Shown here piece by piece: positions 50,801-62,916 of a DNA stretch of 64,000 bases (the first letter of the stretch is position 1; the number at the start of each line of letters is the position of its first letter). The notes under the pieces were generated by a model. That model was not told where the DNA came from. It was given only the letters and a program-made list of their open reading frames with translations, and did no database searches. The stretch is from Prorocentrum cordatum. Taxonomy: Eukaryota. The stretch is from the NCBI GenBank assembly GCA_963575745.1, contig CAUYUJ010000114.1, positions 1,240,001-1,304,000 on the forward strand, given 5' to 3'. The position numbers and the translations under genes were made by a program.

Positions 50801-53800
50801 CCGCGTCGCCGCGCCTACTATTCCTCCTCCTCTGGCGGCGCCGTCGGTCATCCCATGCCGAAGGGCGCCGCGACCTCTGGCTGCCTCGGGCTGGGCCGCT
50901 GATCTGGGTCGTTGAGCGGGCGCGTGGGCATCCTCCATCTGCGCCTCGATATCGTCCCATTCCACCTCCGTCGGTCCTGCCTGCTCCCCCCCCCCCCTTG
51001 CCTTGCTTCGCCCCCTGCGTCGCCTCGACTCAGGGATGGGGGGGCGCGTCCCCGAGCTGGTCCGCCGCCTCCTGCACTTCCATGTTCGACATTCACTGCG
51101 CGCCGTTGTTCGTCTTCGGGGTTGCCCCCGCCTGGTGCTGCTCCTGGTGGTGCCTCGGCCGCGCCCCTTTTCTCTGCGCGGCTGGGGCGGGGTGGGCGGG
51201 TTGGGTCGGCGCGTCCTCGATCTCGTCCGCCAGTGCCCGCATCTACTCGCTGGCCATTTTGAACGCGCCGTTATAATCACCCTCCCGGTCTCGAGCCAAC
51301 CGCGAGCTGGTCGGCGGAGAGCGGAGTCGTGGGGGCAGCTGCTCGACCTGGTCGCGCGCGGCGGCCAGCTCTCTCGCTGGCGTGCCGGCGAGGCCCCCGT
51401 CCCAATGGGTCGCGTGGCATCCCGCCGCCGACGCTCGCAACTGCCTTGCTACTGTGCGGATCCTCGTCTCCCTCGGCTGAGTCGGCTGACGTGGGCGCCT
51501 CTGCCCAGCTGTCGCTGCGCTCGATCTCCGTCTGCCTGGCCAGGTACTAATAGGATCGCGCTTGTACCTGGCCCTCCTCAGATGCCCTCCTCGGGCATGT
51601 CCCCCGTTTCAGGCCGACCTCGTCGCCTGGTGGTCGGTGGCGCTCAGCGGCTTGACCCCCCGACGGGCGTCGCGTTCGCTCTGCCTCTTGCTGGTGCTGC
51701 TCGGCCCTCGCGCATGTTGCCGCGCGCGTGTCAGCGCTGCCGCCTGCGCGCGCTGCCCGCGCCCCGCCTGCGCGCTGACTTCGGGCTGGTCTTTTTCTTC
51801 GACGGACATGCTTGCCTCTGCCCCTGGCCCCCCTTCAGGCGGCGCCCCGGCGCTGCCGGGCATGTCCGCCTGAAGATCAGCCTGGGGGCCTCTCTCGGCG
51901 CCCTCGCCGACGCCTCCGCGCGAGCGCTGACCATCTCGAACCCGAGGTTCCTCTGGGCGCCCTCCTGCCGAGCCTCTCGCGGCGGTGCGAGCGCGCTATC
52001 CTTCTCGTCGTCCGCGAGGGCCCGCGGCGGAATGTCGGCGAGCCGCCCCTCGATCGTGGGCGCGCCAAAGGCGCCGCAGGCCAGGGCCCGCGCGACCAAA
52101 CGCGAAGGCTGCGAGCCTGGCGGGGGGGGGGGCTGCCTGCGAGGCCCGTCGCGGCGGGCCGCCGGGGTCCGGGTGTGGCTTCGGCTCTGGCTGAGCGAGG
52201 TTGGCATCCAAGTGGGGTGCGCAAACGTGGTCGCGGTTCGTGCGATGACCCAGCTGCCCCTATCGGCGATCGAGCAAGATGCGGACGTGCCGCGCGGCCC
52301 CGCAACCCCGCCCGCCCCCCGCGGGGCCACCCCGTCGCGAAGGCCACCCCTCGCCCAAGGCCCCCAGCCCCGCCCGCGGCGGAGCGGGGGGGGGTCAGCG
52401 GGCGGGGCGGGCGCCTTCGCGGCGGGGGGGTGCCCGCCCGTCGACGGGGGCTCGGGGCGGCCCCGGAGGCGCGCCAACGAACCCGGACGGAATCCCCTGC
52501 CAGGGCGGCCGTCGTCCGCCCGAACCCCGGGAGTCGCGGCCCGCGGGCTAGGCGACGCCGCGCCCCCTTGCGGGCGGGCCTGCGAGGCCGGGGGCGAAAA
52601 GCAGAAAAAGATTTTCAACCAGCGCGGCGCCCCTCGAACCGAACCCGGCGCAAGCTGCGAGCGCTCGCCCGCTCCAATCGTGCCCCGGGCCGCGCGGCGG
52701 CCAGTTCTCGAGTGCGCGCTGGCGAGGCCCCCGCCCCGAAGGGTCGCGCGAGGCCCCGCTGCTGCTCGCGCCAAAACTCGCGCTGGTGCGCTGGGAGTGC
52801 GTTGCCGAGGACCGCGGCGCGCCATCAGCTCCTCGGCGGCGCATTGTCGGCGCTGGCGCTTGGGCCCCTGCGGCTGCCGCCGCTCGCACTTTGGCTGGCG
52901 GGGCCGCCGGGCAATCGGGTTGCAGCGGGCGCTCCCAATGTTGAAGTGCGGGTGCGGGCGCGGGCGGACGGGGCGCCCTGCGAGTGGGCGGAAAGCGCAA
53001 TAAGTGCCTGTGAACTTGCCCTGGGAAGGGCGCGGCCCCTCGTGGTGGGGGCGCGTGGGCGCGTGCTTGGTTGGCTTCCTGCAAGCGTCCTCGCCGCTGC
53101 CGTCGGTGGCCCCCATGAAAGCGTCGATAAAGCCGCCCAATGAGATGTCAGCATGTGCGGGTGCAGGTGGTTGAGACCAGCTTGGCCGTCCTGAGCACGG
53201 TCAGGGTGCTCTTCTGCTCGACGTCACCATGGCCAAAGTGGACTGTCTCCGCCTGCTCGGACGGTTTGTCCACTCGGTCCGTTCAACGAGCTCGATCTCT
53301 CCGTTGCTGGCCCCCAGCGCGCCCCCATGCTAGATGGTGGTCTGGGCCGGGAAGGCGATGGCCCGATTCCACCTCGTGTCGGTGCCTGTCTCCCCGCATC
53401 TGAGCCGCTGTTCTTGCTGGCGCACCTCCAGTGGCCGCCTGTCGCGGTGGTGCCCCCAGCAGCGTGCTGCTGCGCTTGCTGCGCACATCGCGCCCGCTCT
53501 TTCTTGCGGCTAGAGGGGGGTCATCCTGCAGTGCGGGCAGACGTGCATGATGTGATATTTTCGCCGCCAAGAGCGGTCGTGAAATCAGCCACGGCACCCA
53601 GGCGCTCATATTTCCATCCGCGTGGCTGAGGTCCTGAAAGACCGATCGATCTCCACGCTTCGCGAGTTCCGCATGCATATCGAGACGGATGGTCGTGAGT
53701 TGCTGAAGCGGGGATTACTTCTTTTGCTTGCTCCTCACGTTGTGCGGCTCGGCTTTCATGCTCATGGTGCCGGGCCTGATCCAACAGTCGGGGTCATCGT

Positions 53801-53950
53801 GGCAATTGGTAACGCATGCAGTGGCAAGGGTTCGGAGGATCGGGGATCCTATTGACGAGCGTCTGCTTGACCCGCCTCAGCGCGGCGTCGAAGGCGCATG
53901 CTCCACTGGCCAGCTTCGGCGCCCAAATGTTTGTTGTTCTGAACGGTCGA
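47850..53950 (-). pseudogene. Large non-repetitive GC-rich block, probably a heavily decayed retroelement
   Basis: About 6 kb free of microsatellites, with short protein-like patches in shifting minus frames (EVEWDDIEAQMED, IQEQELEGVRKFEGRFGAWL, AFANTYLP resembling the APE-endonuclease NxYxP motif). No intact catalytic motif found. Confidence 0.3.
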
Positions 53951-54109
53951 GTGCCTGAGCGAAAATAGCTACAGACGTCGGGAATTTAAGGAGGATGCGT
54001 TACGTATTGGTACACGGACGCGTATACAAAACATATGAACAAGTACACACATGCGCCTCTCCCAAGACTCCGATTTGCACCCTCGGGAACATTTGCGGCA
54101 AATCCCCGG

Positions 54110-55460
54110 TGCCGCCCTCCCTGGCCTCCAAGAGACCGCCGGGGGGCTTCCTGAGGCTCCTTTGGAAGCCGAGGGCGCCTCCGACACAGCCCAATCGTGT
54201 TCCAGAGGCCTCCCGACGGCTCGAGAGACCCCCACGGGCGCCCAAAACAGTGCCAAGAGGCCGCCAAGAGGTCCCCAATGCTGCCCAAGAAGGCCCCAAT
54301 GGAGTCACCGAGAGGCCCAAATCATTGAAATGCCATGGTAAATTCAATGATTTGTGCCTTCTCGCTTTTGCGCTTTTGCGCCTCCGATGCGATTCCGAGG
54401 CTGCCGCGTGGTCCCTGCGAGGGCCACAAGATGGCCCCAAGAGGCGCCCCAAACGGCGACCAAAATGCCCGAAGAGGCACCCACGAGGCCCCCAAAAGGC
54501 TCCCACGAGGCTCCGGCGAGTCCCCAGGAGACGCAAACGAAACTCCCAAGAGGCTCCCAACAACCCCAAGAGCGCCCAAGAGGCTGCCCGAGAGGTCCCC
54601 GAGAGCCTAAGAGGCCCCCGAGAAGCCCCAAAAACGATGCGCCTCCAAGAGGCGCCAAGAAAGCTTTCAAGACGCCTCCAAACGCCCCCCAGGAACCTCC
54701 CATGGGACATCCTCAGATGACCGATCCGGAGCAAATCGGGAGAGGTGGGACGGCGGAGGAGGAGGAGGCGGATGCGGAGGAGGAGTAGGCGGAGAAAAGA
54801 GAGGCGGACGGAGAGGTCGAGCGAGGAAGTGAATGCGGTCCTCGTCCTTGATGTCGTCGCCGCCGCCGACGCGGTCGTCAGAACCGCCGTCCCCACAAGC
54901 ACTGCCGCCGCCGCCGTCGCCGCCATCGCCGTTCTGGCTCTCGCCGCCGCCCTCCTCGGTAGCGGTGTCGCTGGCTCGCGGCCAAGAGGACCCCCCAGAG
55001 GCCCCGACGACGATCGAACAACGCCGCGGTTCGCGAGCACTCAACAGGCCTCCAAGACGCCTCAAAATGCCTCCAAAAGCACGCCCAAAGTTCCAATAAC
55101 CACAAAGAATGGATTCTCATTTGTTCTCGAAAACGAATTTCAAATACCACTCTTTCCGGCTTCTCCACACTCCCAGACAGCCCAAGAGGCTCTCAAGGTC
55201 GCACCAGGACAGCCTCAGACGCCCCCAGGGTGCCAATGCAGCTCCTGGGTGTCGCAAGACTGCCCCCGAGGCGCCTTTGAGGCGTCCCAGAGGGCCCCCA
55301 GACAGGCCAATAGAGCCCCCAGGGCCCCAGACACTCCAAGAACGCCCCCAATCGCTAGGTGCTCAACACGCCCCAGACGGCCTCCCATCGGCCCAAACAG
55401 GCCTCCAAGACGACCCAACATGCCTCCAAGAACACTCCCACGAGGGCCAGCGCGGTCAAG
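54110..55460 (+). repeat. CCAAGA-family copies
   Basis: Phased CCAAGA/CCCAAA motifs and AAATCATTGA core. Confidence 0.7.
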
Positions 55461-56869
55461 GAAAGCTCCAACAGCAGTGCAACTGCGCGAGAGAGCTCTC
55501 ACGTGACGATGACGACGATGATAATCATGATGGTGACGATGGCGACGATGGTGGCGACGACGACGCGGATGATGAGAGTAATGATGATCATTGTGCTGTT
55601 GTTGTTGTTGTTGTTGATGATGATGATGATGATGATGATGCTGACGCTGTCTACGACGGAGTCATGCTGCTGATGGTGATGATGGTCATGATGGCGATGC
55701 TGATGCTGATGCTGATGATGCTGATGATGACGATGATGGCGATGATGATGATGGTGGTGATGATGATGACGATGAGGAGGAGGAGGAGGAGGAGGATCAG
55801 GTCAGAACCCATTGGGGCCTGCAGGATTCCCCCCATTCAGAAAGCGCCCACTGGGATCGGGCTACACCCGAGCGTCAGTGCGCGATGCGTGGCTCGTACA
55901 CCGTTGCGGCTCATCAGGCTGAGGGGCCTCTCTGCTGCCGCGGTGCTCCCAACAGTCGGAGGGCAGCGTCCATGTCGGACGAGCTCCAGCGTGAAGGAAA
56001 TACCCGAAAGGTCCGTGGGGCTTCACCTTTCACCTGCCCACGGCCTCCCTCAGAACGGAAAAGATTGTGTTGGAGAAGTGGGTCTACACCTTCCACGTGC
56101 CCACTCTGAGGATGAGGGTAAGGACGGTGATGATGACGACGATGATGATGATGATGGTGATGATGACGATGACGATGACAATGATGATGCTGATGATAAT
56201 GCTGATGCTGATTCTCATGCTGATGATGCAATGTTCTGAATGGCGTCGGTGACGATGACGGTAACGATCAGGACCTTGACCATGATACTGATTATCTATG
56301 AGTCGTTCTGCTCTTCGGTGCAGTGGCCGCACTCGCTTGTTAACCACTCCCCAGCATGCGCTATAACTTGGGCGCGCGACAAGAGCGATGTTCCTTGTAC
56401 ATCTCTCTCTTTCTTTCTCTCTCCTTCCCTCTTTCTCTCTCTGTTTGTTCTCTCTCTCTCTCTCTCTCTGACTCCGTGTATATGTATATATACATATACA
56501 TTTATATACACTTATATATGTATGTATATCTATATATACGTATATACACATATCATCATCATACGCACCTCTCCGAGGGAGTAAAGCTCAGAGGCGATTT
56601 ATGCATACGCGCCGCGTCGTTCGCGATTTTTCTTGCCTTTTCGCTGGGGACATCCTCGAAATTATGCAAATCGGTGGCGCCCCTCACACAGATCGTGACG
56701 TCAGGGTCCAAAAACATACAGGAATTTCAACATTATAACATAAAACCTTCAAAAACATATTGTAATTTCAATGATCTTAACCCCGATTCTCAGAGAATGG
56801 CGGTTTCGCCTGAGACATCCTCCCGAAATCGAGCCCCGACGTACCTTCTGGTACCTCAGACCCTGCCTC

Positions 56870-57080
56870 GGAACCTCCTGGGGGGCTCCTGGAACCTCCT
56901 GGGGCTTTCTGTACCTTCTGGTGCCCCAGACCCGGCCTTGGAGCCTCCTGGGGGTCTCCTGGAGCACCCTGGGGCCTCCTGGGGCCTCCTGCGGCCTCCT
57001 GGAGCCTCTTGGGGCCTCCTGGAGCCTCCTGGGGTCTCCTGGGGCATCCTGAGGCCGCTTGGGGCCTCCTGGGGCCTCAG
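56870..57080. repeat. 10-bp GGGGCCTCCT minisatellite
   Basis: About 20 units with strict 10-bp period at 56960-57080. Confidence 0.9.
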
Positions 57081-57619
57081 AACTACATGCACACACAGAG
57101 ACGCAAATCACACCCAACACATCACACGCTAGACAAACATAACACACACACACACCTACAACGCACAGAAGACACGCACAAACAGCATACATCACACACA
57201 CACACACACCCACACAACACTCAAAATCCTGGGGCTCCTGGAGTCTCTTCCGGTGTCCCAATCGGGCCTCCTGAGGCTTCCTGCGGGGCCCTGGTACACA
57301 CATCGCAAGGTGTGGCAACCCCACTTGCGCTCGAGTGCGACCTCGCTATTGCATGTCACTCCCAGCAGCTATCCTCCTCTTCTCCTCTCCACAAACTGTC
57401 TAGTGAAACAAATCGGCTGGTGGGAATCGTGCTTGCACTTCTTTTGTTAATCGCTTCGCTCACTCCGCCAGCCCATCTTGCATCACTTGTACGAGCCTGG
57501 GCACACACGTGCCACTTGTACATACACGCATCCGCCACCGTGCCGCGAAACACGAATCGGAATGTCCTCATGTCCCTTGTAGTCCTCAGTCCTCAGTTCT
57601 CTGGATGAAAAACTAAGTG

Positions 57620-58380
57620 GCCCAATTAAGTGGCCCGAGTCCGAGATTCTTGCATTTCCTGTGGCTCCCAGCGGCTCTCCCGCGGTTCCCCGCGTCTTGT
57701 CGCATGATTTTTCGGGCCAAGAGTACCCCAAGAGGACCTTCAGACGGTGCAAGAAGGCTCCGAGCTGTCGAATGTTCAGTCCAAGACGCTCCAGATGGCA
57801 TCCAGACGGCCCAAGGGGAGTCCAAGACGCCTCAAGAGGCCTCCAAACGCACTCTCAAGAGGGCCCCGAGATGCCCAACATCATTCATTTTCCAAGAAGG
57901 TTTTTGTGCGGACTGTCGTGTTCTCGCATTTTCGTTCTTCTGACGCTCCAGGACGTCCGTCCCCAGAGGTTCCCAACATCGATCCAAGACGGCCCAAGAG
58001 GCCCCCATGAGGGCCCCCAAACAGCTTCAGAAGGCCCCAAGATGACTCAAGAGGCCTCCACGACGGCCCAAGAGGGCCCCAAGACGGCACAAGAGGGGCC
58101 CAGAAGGGGGAACACGAACTTGATTTTCGCGCCCTACGCCCCAAGAGGGCCCCTGATACCGCCAGCAGGCCTCCAAGAGGCTCCAAGAGGTCTCCAAGAG
58201 GCCCGAAAGAGGCCCGAAAGAGGCCCGAAAGAGGCCCCAGAAAGGCTCCCAAAGAGTCCTCAAAACTGTGTCCAAGAGGCTCCTGAAGGCCTCCCAAGAG
58301 TCTCCAACAGACAAGCCCTGATGACACCGACCCACAATCCCCCAGGCACGGAGGCGGCCCGGGCCGCAGGCCAGTACGAT
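57620..58380 (+). mobile_element. CCAAGA-family element ending in a GGCC-GCA-GGCC hairpin
   Basis: Terminus CCCAGGCACGGAGGCGGCCCGGGCCGCAGGCCAGTACGAT is homologous to 43638-43676. Confidence 0.65.
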
Positions 58381-58500
58381 ATAACCATCCACGCCCTCCT
58401 GCCTGGGCCAAGAGGGCGTCTGGACATGGATCCTGGGCACTCAGGACTCGCCGACTGGCCCGACGAAAGACCGGTGTGGCTGTTCACGAGCGGCGAACGT

Positions 58501-58707
58501 TCGGCGACTCCGAAGGGTGTGGTTTGCAAAGGGTGTGGTTTGCAACTGGCGCCCTGTGGGGCACCCTGTGGGGCGGGCGGGGACCCCGACTGAGCTCTCC
58601 GCCGTGCCCCGAGGAGGCCCGACGAGGACAGTGTCGTGCCCCCCAGGTCCCCACGGCGCCGCTCGCAGACCACACCCCGGCGGAACCTCACCCCTCGCAG
58701 TCGCCGA
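58501..58707. mobile_element. MITE, ~60-bp imperfect TIR, 5-bp TSD AACGT
   Basis: AACGT|TCGGCGACT...AGTCGCCGA|AACGT (TSD 58496-58500, 58708-58712). Confidence 0.88.
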
Positions 58708-59389
58708 AACGTGCCCATATCCGCGCCCGCCGCGGTCTGGATTCCGGGGCGCCATCCCGCGGACACGCGGTCGCACGGACACGCTTCTCCGCGCGGGGCA
58801 CCCGCGGAGAAAAGCGCCGCGCATACCCACGGGGTCGCGGCCCAACGGGCCCGGCTCGCGAGGCCGCGGCTACGGATCTGCTTCTTGACCCTCGAGGTGC
58901 TTCCGCTGGCTACGACGACGACGACGACGGCGAAGACCTCGACGACGACGACGACGACGAGAACGAACTCGATGACGACGATGACGACGACCACGATGGC
59001 GACGTCGACGACGACGAGAGCGACCTCGACGACGACGACGCGAAGACTTCGGCGACGACGACGACGTCGGCGTACATGGGGTCGGAGGATCCCGCCGCAT
59101 CGCCGATGCATCGGCGATGCATCGGCGATGCACCAGCGATGCATCGGCGACGTCGGCGAGGCATCGGCGCCGTCGGCGTGGACAAAACATCGGGATCCAC
59201 ATCAGCGACGCATCGGCGAGGCATCGGCGATGCGGCGCGATCCTCCGGCCCACCCCCGTCTGCTCCGGCCCCCCTTCCGGGAGGCCCAGGCCGGCGCGGC
59301 CGCCTGCGCGCGCCCGCCCGTCCTCCGCCTGCCGCCGCTCGGACGTCCATTCCCTGTGCCCTTTTCGGCCTCGTGCGTTTATCATTCTG

Positions 59390-59645
59390 ATGATTATTAT
59401 TATTGTTCTTATCTTTATTCCAAAAATTATTATGATTACTATTATTGTTATTGTTATTATTATTCTTGTTATTATTAGATATGTTAGAATTATTATTATT
59501 AACATGATTATCAATTTCTACTATTATTACTATTTTTATTAGTATTATTATGTTTATTATTAATATTATTTCTATCATCATCATCATCATTACTATTATT
59601 ATTAGTATTACTATTACTACTACTACTATTATTATTATCATTATG
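59390..59645. repeat. (TAT)n AT-rich microsatellite
   Basis: Directly visible. Confidence 0.95.
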
Positions 59646-59829
59646 TCTCTCTCTATTTATATAATGTTTTGCTCGATGGTCCAGGATGGTCCTCGATGGC
59701 CCTCGCCGAGAATGAATGCACACGTCCGAGCGCTGCCGAGTCCGCCGACGCTCCGCGGGCGGGCCTCTCCCCGGCCGCCCTCTCGGGTCGGGCGAAAAGG
59801 GGGGGGATAGCAAAGGGGGGGTTTGAGAA

Positions 59830-61911
59830 TCAGCTCACGTAGCTGATCTTCCAGGCGCCGGAGGCGCCCATGCGTCGAGGAATGGGCCCCTCGGTGGGGC
59901 CGAAACCAGCTGCCTCCTCCAGCCCGCCCCCCCCCCCGCGCCCCGTGCGCCCGGCGCGGCGCGCCGGCTCCGCCGGGGCGCGCCGGCTCCGCCGACGCGG
60001 CGCTGCTGCCGAGAAGGCACGCTTTCGCGGGCGCCCCTCCGGCCTGCTCCAGCACGCGCCGCTCCAGCCTGGGCCAGGGCTCGAGTGAATCGGCGGCGCG
60101 CCCGGGGGGGGGAAACTGAGACGGGGCGGGCCTTCTCAGAAGGCTCGGAGGTCCCCCGGCCTTCTGAAAAGAAGTTCTCTAAGCCTGCCCCGAAAACAGA
60201 AAAGACTGCTCGGACAGAAGATTCGGCTGCACGCAGGAGTGACCCTGGGTAAGAGTGACCTCTGGTGCGCGGTGTTTTGGGGGGCCCCGCGACCCGGGGT
60301 CGAGTTAAGCGGTGCTGCCCCTTTCCGTGTTGTTTCTGGCCTCCTTCGTTCTGTCCTCGCGCTGCCGTGGCCGCGAGCCGACATGAAAACGAAGACGGTC
60401 CACGGAGCGCCAAAACACCGTGTAGCTCCATCCCTAGAGAGAAGGAGCAGGACACCGACCCTCATGATAAGCATCTCCACAAGCGAAGCCGTCTCGCAAA
60501 TGCGGCCAAGGAAGGAATCGAACAGGGCAGGGCTGTCCAGAAGTAAACGCTCGGGGCCGTTTCGTAAACGCCAACTCTCGAGGTCGGGGTGGTCGAGGAG
60601 CAGGGGGGGAGGGGGAGGATGGGGAGGGGAATGGGGAGGGGGAGGGAGGGGGCTCGGCTGGCAGGGGGGGGGTGGCGAGAGGGCTCTCGGCTCGGCTCTG
60701 TGCTCGGGGGTGCATACAGTCGGACGCCTGCTGCAGATGCCGCAGCCCTGCGTGGGACTCTGGCACGCCCCCTCTCGACACGCGCATCTCGCTTGCTTCG
60801 AGGGCACATGCTCCTGGTCCCACTCCCTAAGGGAAGCGCGTCTTTCTGTTTGGAGTCCCGAAACGGTGCGGTGACAGACCGTGCGGTGACCTCGAAATCC
60901 CCGAAGACCTCACCGTACGGTCCGTCAACGCACGGTTTTGGGACCCTGGAGGCTCCAGTCGCCCGAGACGTCCTCGGAGAACGACCCGAGTCCCAAAACC
61001 GTGCGGTGACCCCGAACCCCCACCGACTCACCGCACGGTGTGGTCACCGCCCCGTTTGGGGGCCCCCGATTCTGGTATCTTCGCCCAAGGGGCTCCCAGG
61101 ACGGCCCAGGAGGGGCCCCGCGAGGGCACATATGCCCACTGCCACGGCCCCACTCCCTTGGGGAGACGTGCCTGCTTGTGGCCTCTTCGCCCAGGGGGCT
61201 CCCAAGACGGGCCAGGAGGCTCCCAAGAGGGGCCACGAGGCCCCCCCCGGAGAGCTCCGAAACGGCATGCACGAGCCAAGAGGCCTCTAGGACCGGAGGC
61301 CTGTACAGCGGAGGCCTCCAAGACCGGAGAGCCAAGAAGCCTCCAAGACCGGAGGCCCCCCCAAAGAGCTCCGAAACGGCCTGCACGAGCCAAGAGGCCT
61401 CCAAGACCGGAGCCCCCCCCAGAGAGCTCCGAAACGGCCTGCACGAGCCAGGAGGCCTCCGAGACCGGCAGCCTGTACAGCGGCCAGGGCAGCAGCGCCG
61501 CCAGCGCCGCCGCCGCCGACAGGGGCGCGGCGCCGCACCCCGAGCAGCACCTCGGCGCCGCCGCGCCGCCCGGCCGCTCGCGGCCCTCACAGTGGCCCCG
61601 GGCAAGGGGCCCAGGAACCCACAAACAAGTATACATATTTCACAACATGCCACATCTTTTCAGATACTCTCACGTACTTTCACATAGCTCTTCTGGGTTT
61701 TCGTCTTCCCCCCCCCACCCTTTCACATATTCTCCAATACTTTCGGGGGGATCGACGATTCATTGTGCCTGTTTTTGTTTGCCCCTCCTGACTCCTCCGC
61801 AGCCAGGCGCCCGCGGAGGCGCGCGAGCTCGGCGTCCTGCCACCGCAGGTGGCGCTGCAAGCGCTCCGCGTACGCCTCCGCGGGCTCGCCCGGGCCCCTG
61901 TCCGGGGCCAT
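59830..61911 (-). CDS. Hypothetical multi-exon protein (coiled-coil N-terminus, CxxC); exons 61911-61795, 61585-61473, 60068-~59830
   Basis: High-GC3 frames join across a GA-AG intron (61794-61586) and a GC-AG intron (61472-60069), both AG|G: MAPDRGPGEPAEAYAERLQRHLRWQDAELARLRGRLAAE/GRERPGG..RCCSGCG..PWPLYR/LERRVLEQAGG. The 5' and 3' ends are uncertain, and a G-run near 59930 may shift the frame. Confidence 0.5.
60849..61069. mobile_element. MITE with imperfect TIR, 5-bp TSD TTCTG, inside an intron
   Basis: TTCTG at 60844-60848 and 61070-61074; CCCGAAACGGTGCGGTGAC is inverted to GTCACCGCCCCGTTTGGGG. Confidence 0.7.
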
Positions 61912-62916
61912 GGCTCCAGAGGCGGGGGCGGAGCGGGATGGGACGAAGCCTGGGCGAGGACACCGTCGGGGGAGGACCCACACAGAGAACCTCTGAGATC
62001 CGGCGGCTCGGGAGGAGGCCTTGGGCGCCGCGGCCTTCTCGGAGCGCGCCAGCATGCTCTGGAACGGAGGACACCTCATCCAGGTCCCGTCCGAGCTTTG
62101 GAGGCGGGGGAGGAGCGGGAGCCAGCGAGGCGCTCGGGGGAGCGCCCGTCTGTGGCTGCGCGCGCGCCGACGCGCACAAACATGCACGGGGTCCGGATCG
62201 ACGGCCAGCGGAGCTGCCTCTCTCCATTTGCAGTTCGCTCGGGCCAGTGCCCTTCCCACCTGCCTCCTAACCCCTAACGTGCACCCTCGAGTTCTTCCTG
62301 GCCTGCCGTGCAATCCCCTCATCGGTTCTCGTATTGCTTGACTTCGAACTGGCCCTGTGGCTCGCACGCTGACTTGTCGCACTACATCAAGTGGAGAGGG
62401 GGGATGATGGGGCGTGTTGTGGGACGAGAGAAGGGGATGGGCGGGGGGGATGTGTAGGTGAGAGCGGGGAGCCGGCCAAGGGGGGGCAGAGCGTGGTTTT
62501 ACGAAGCATGCTAGGCGGGCCCATGGAAAGCCGGTGCAGAGCAGGGCGAAGCAAGAGCGGGCAGATCAAGATGGCGCAGGCCAATAGAAGGAGAAGTACA
62601 AAGGCGTAAGGCATCGCGTGCGTCAAACTGTGGCAGCGCGGGGCAAAGTCGTGCCCATCACGTCGCAGAGCCAGGCCCCCCCTGGCAATGCACAGTGCGA
62701 CAAAGCAAGGCGTGGCAGCGCAGTCCTCGGCAGGGGCAGGGCAAGTGCCAATATTCCCTTTGAGCCTATTCGGCTGAGGCATTGGCAGCCGCCTGGCTTC
62801 GCTTCTGACAGGACGGCGGGAATGAACCTGGGCCGCTCGCCCGCCCAGTGGGCTCCATGCATGGCCCGTTGGCGGCCGACCGGGCTCGACCAACTGGGCC
62901 CCAGGGTGTCCCAAGG

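Noticed and set aside
51003..53143. 666-, 469- and 443-aa ORFs as real genes
   Set aside because: They overlap on both strands, are Ala/Arg/Gly/Pro-biased and show no motifs; typical of very GC-rich non-coding or decayed DNA.
58345..58593. Exon GTEAARAAGQYDITIHALLPG...
   Set aside because: The 5' part is the CCAAGA-element terminus and the 3' part is a MITE; the remainder gives no recognisable protein.
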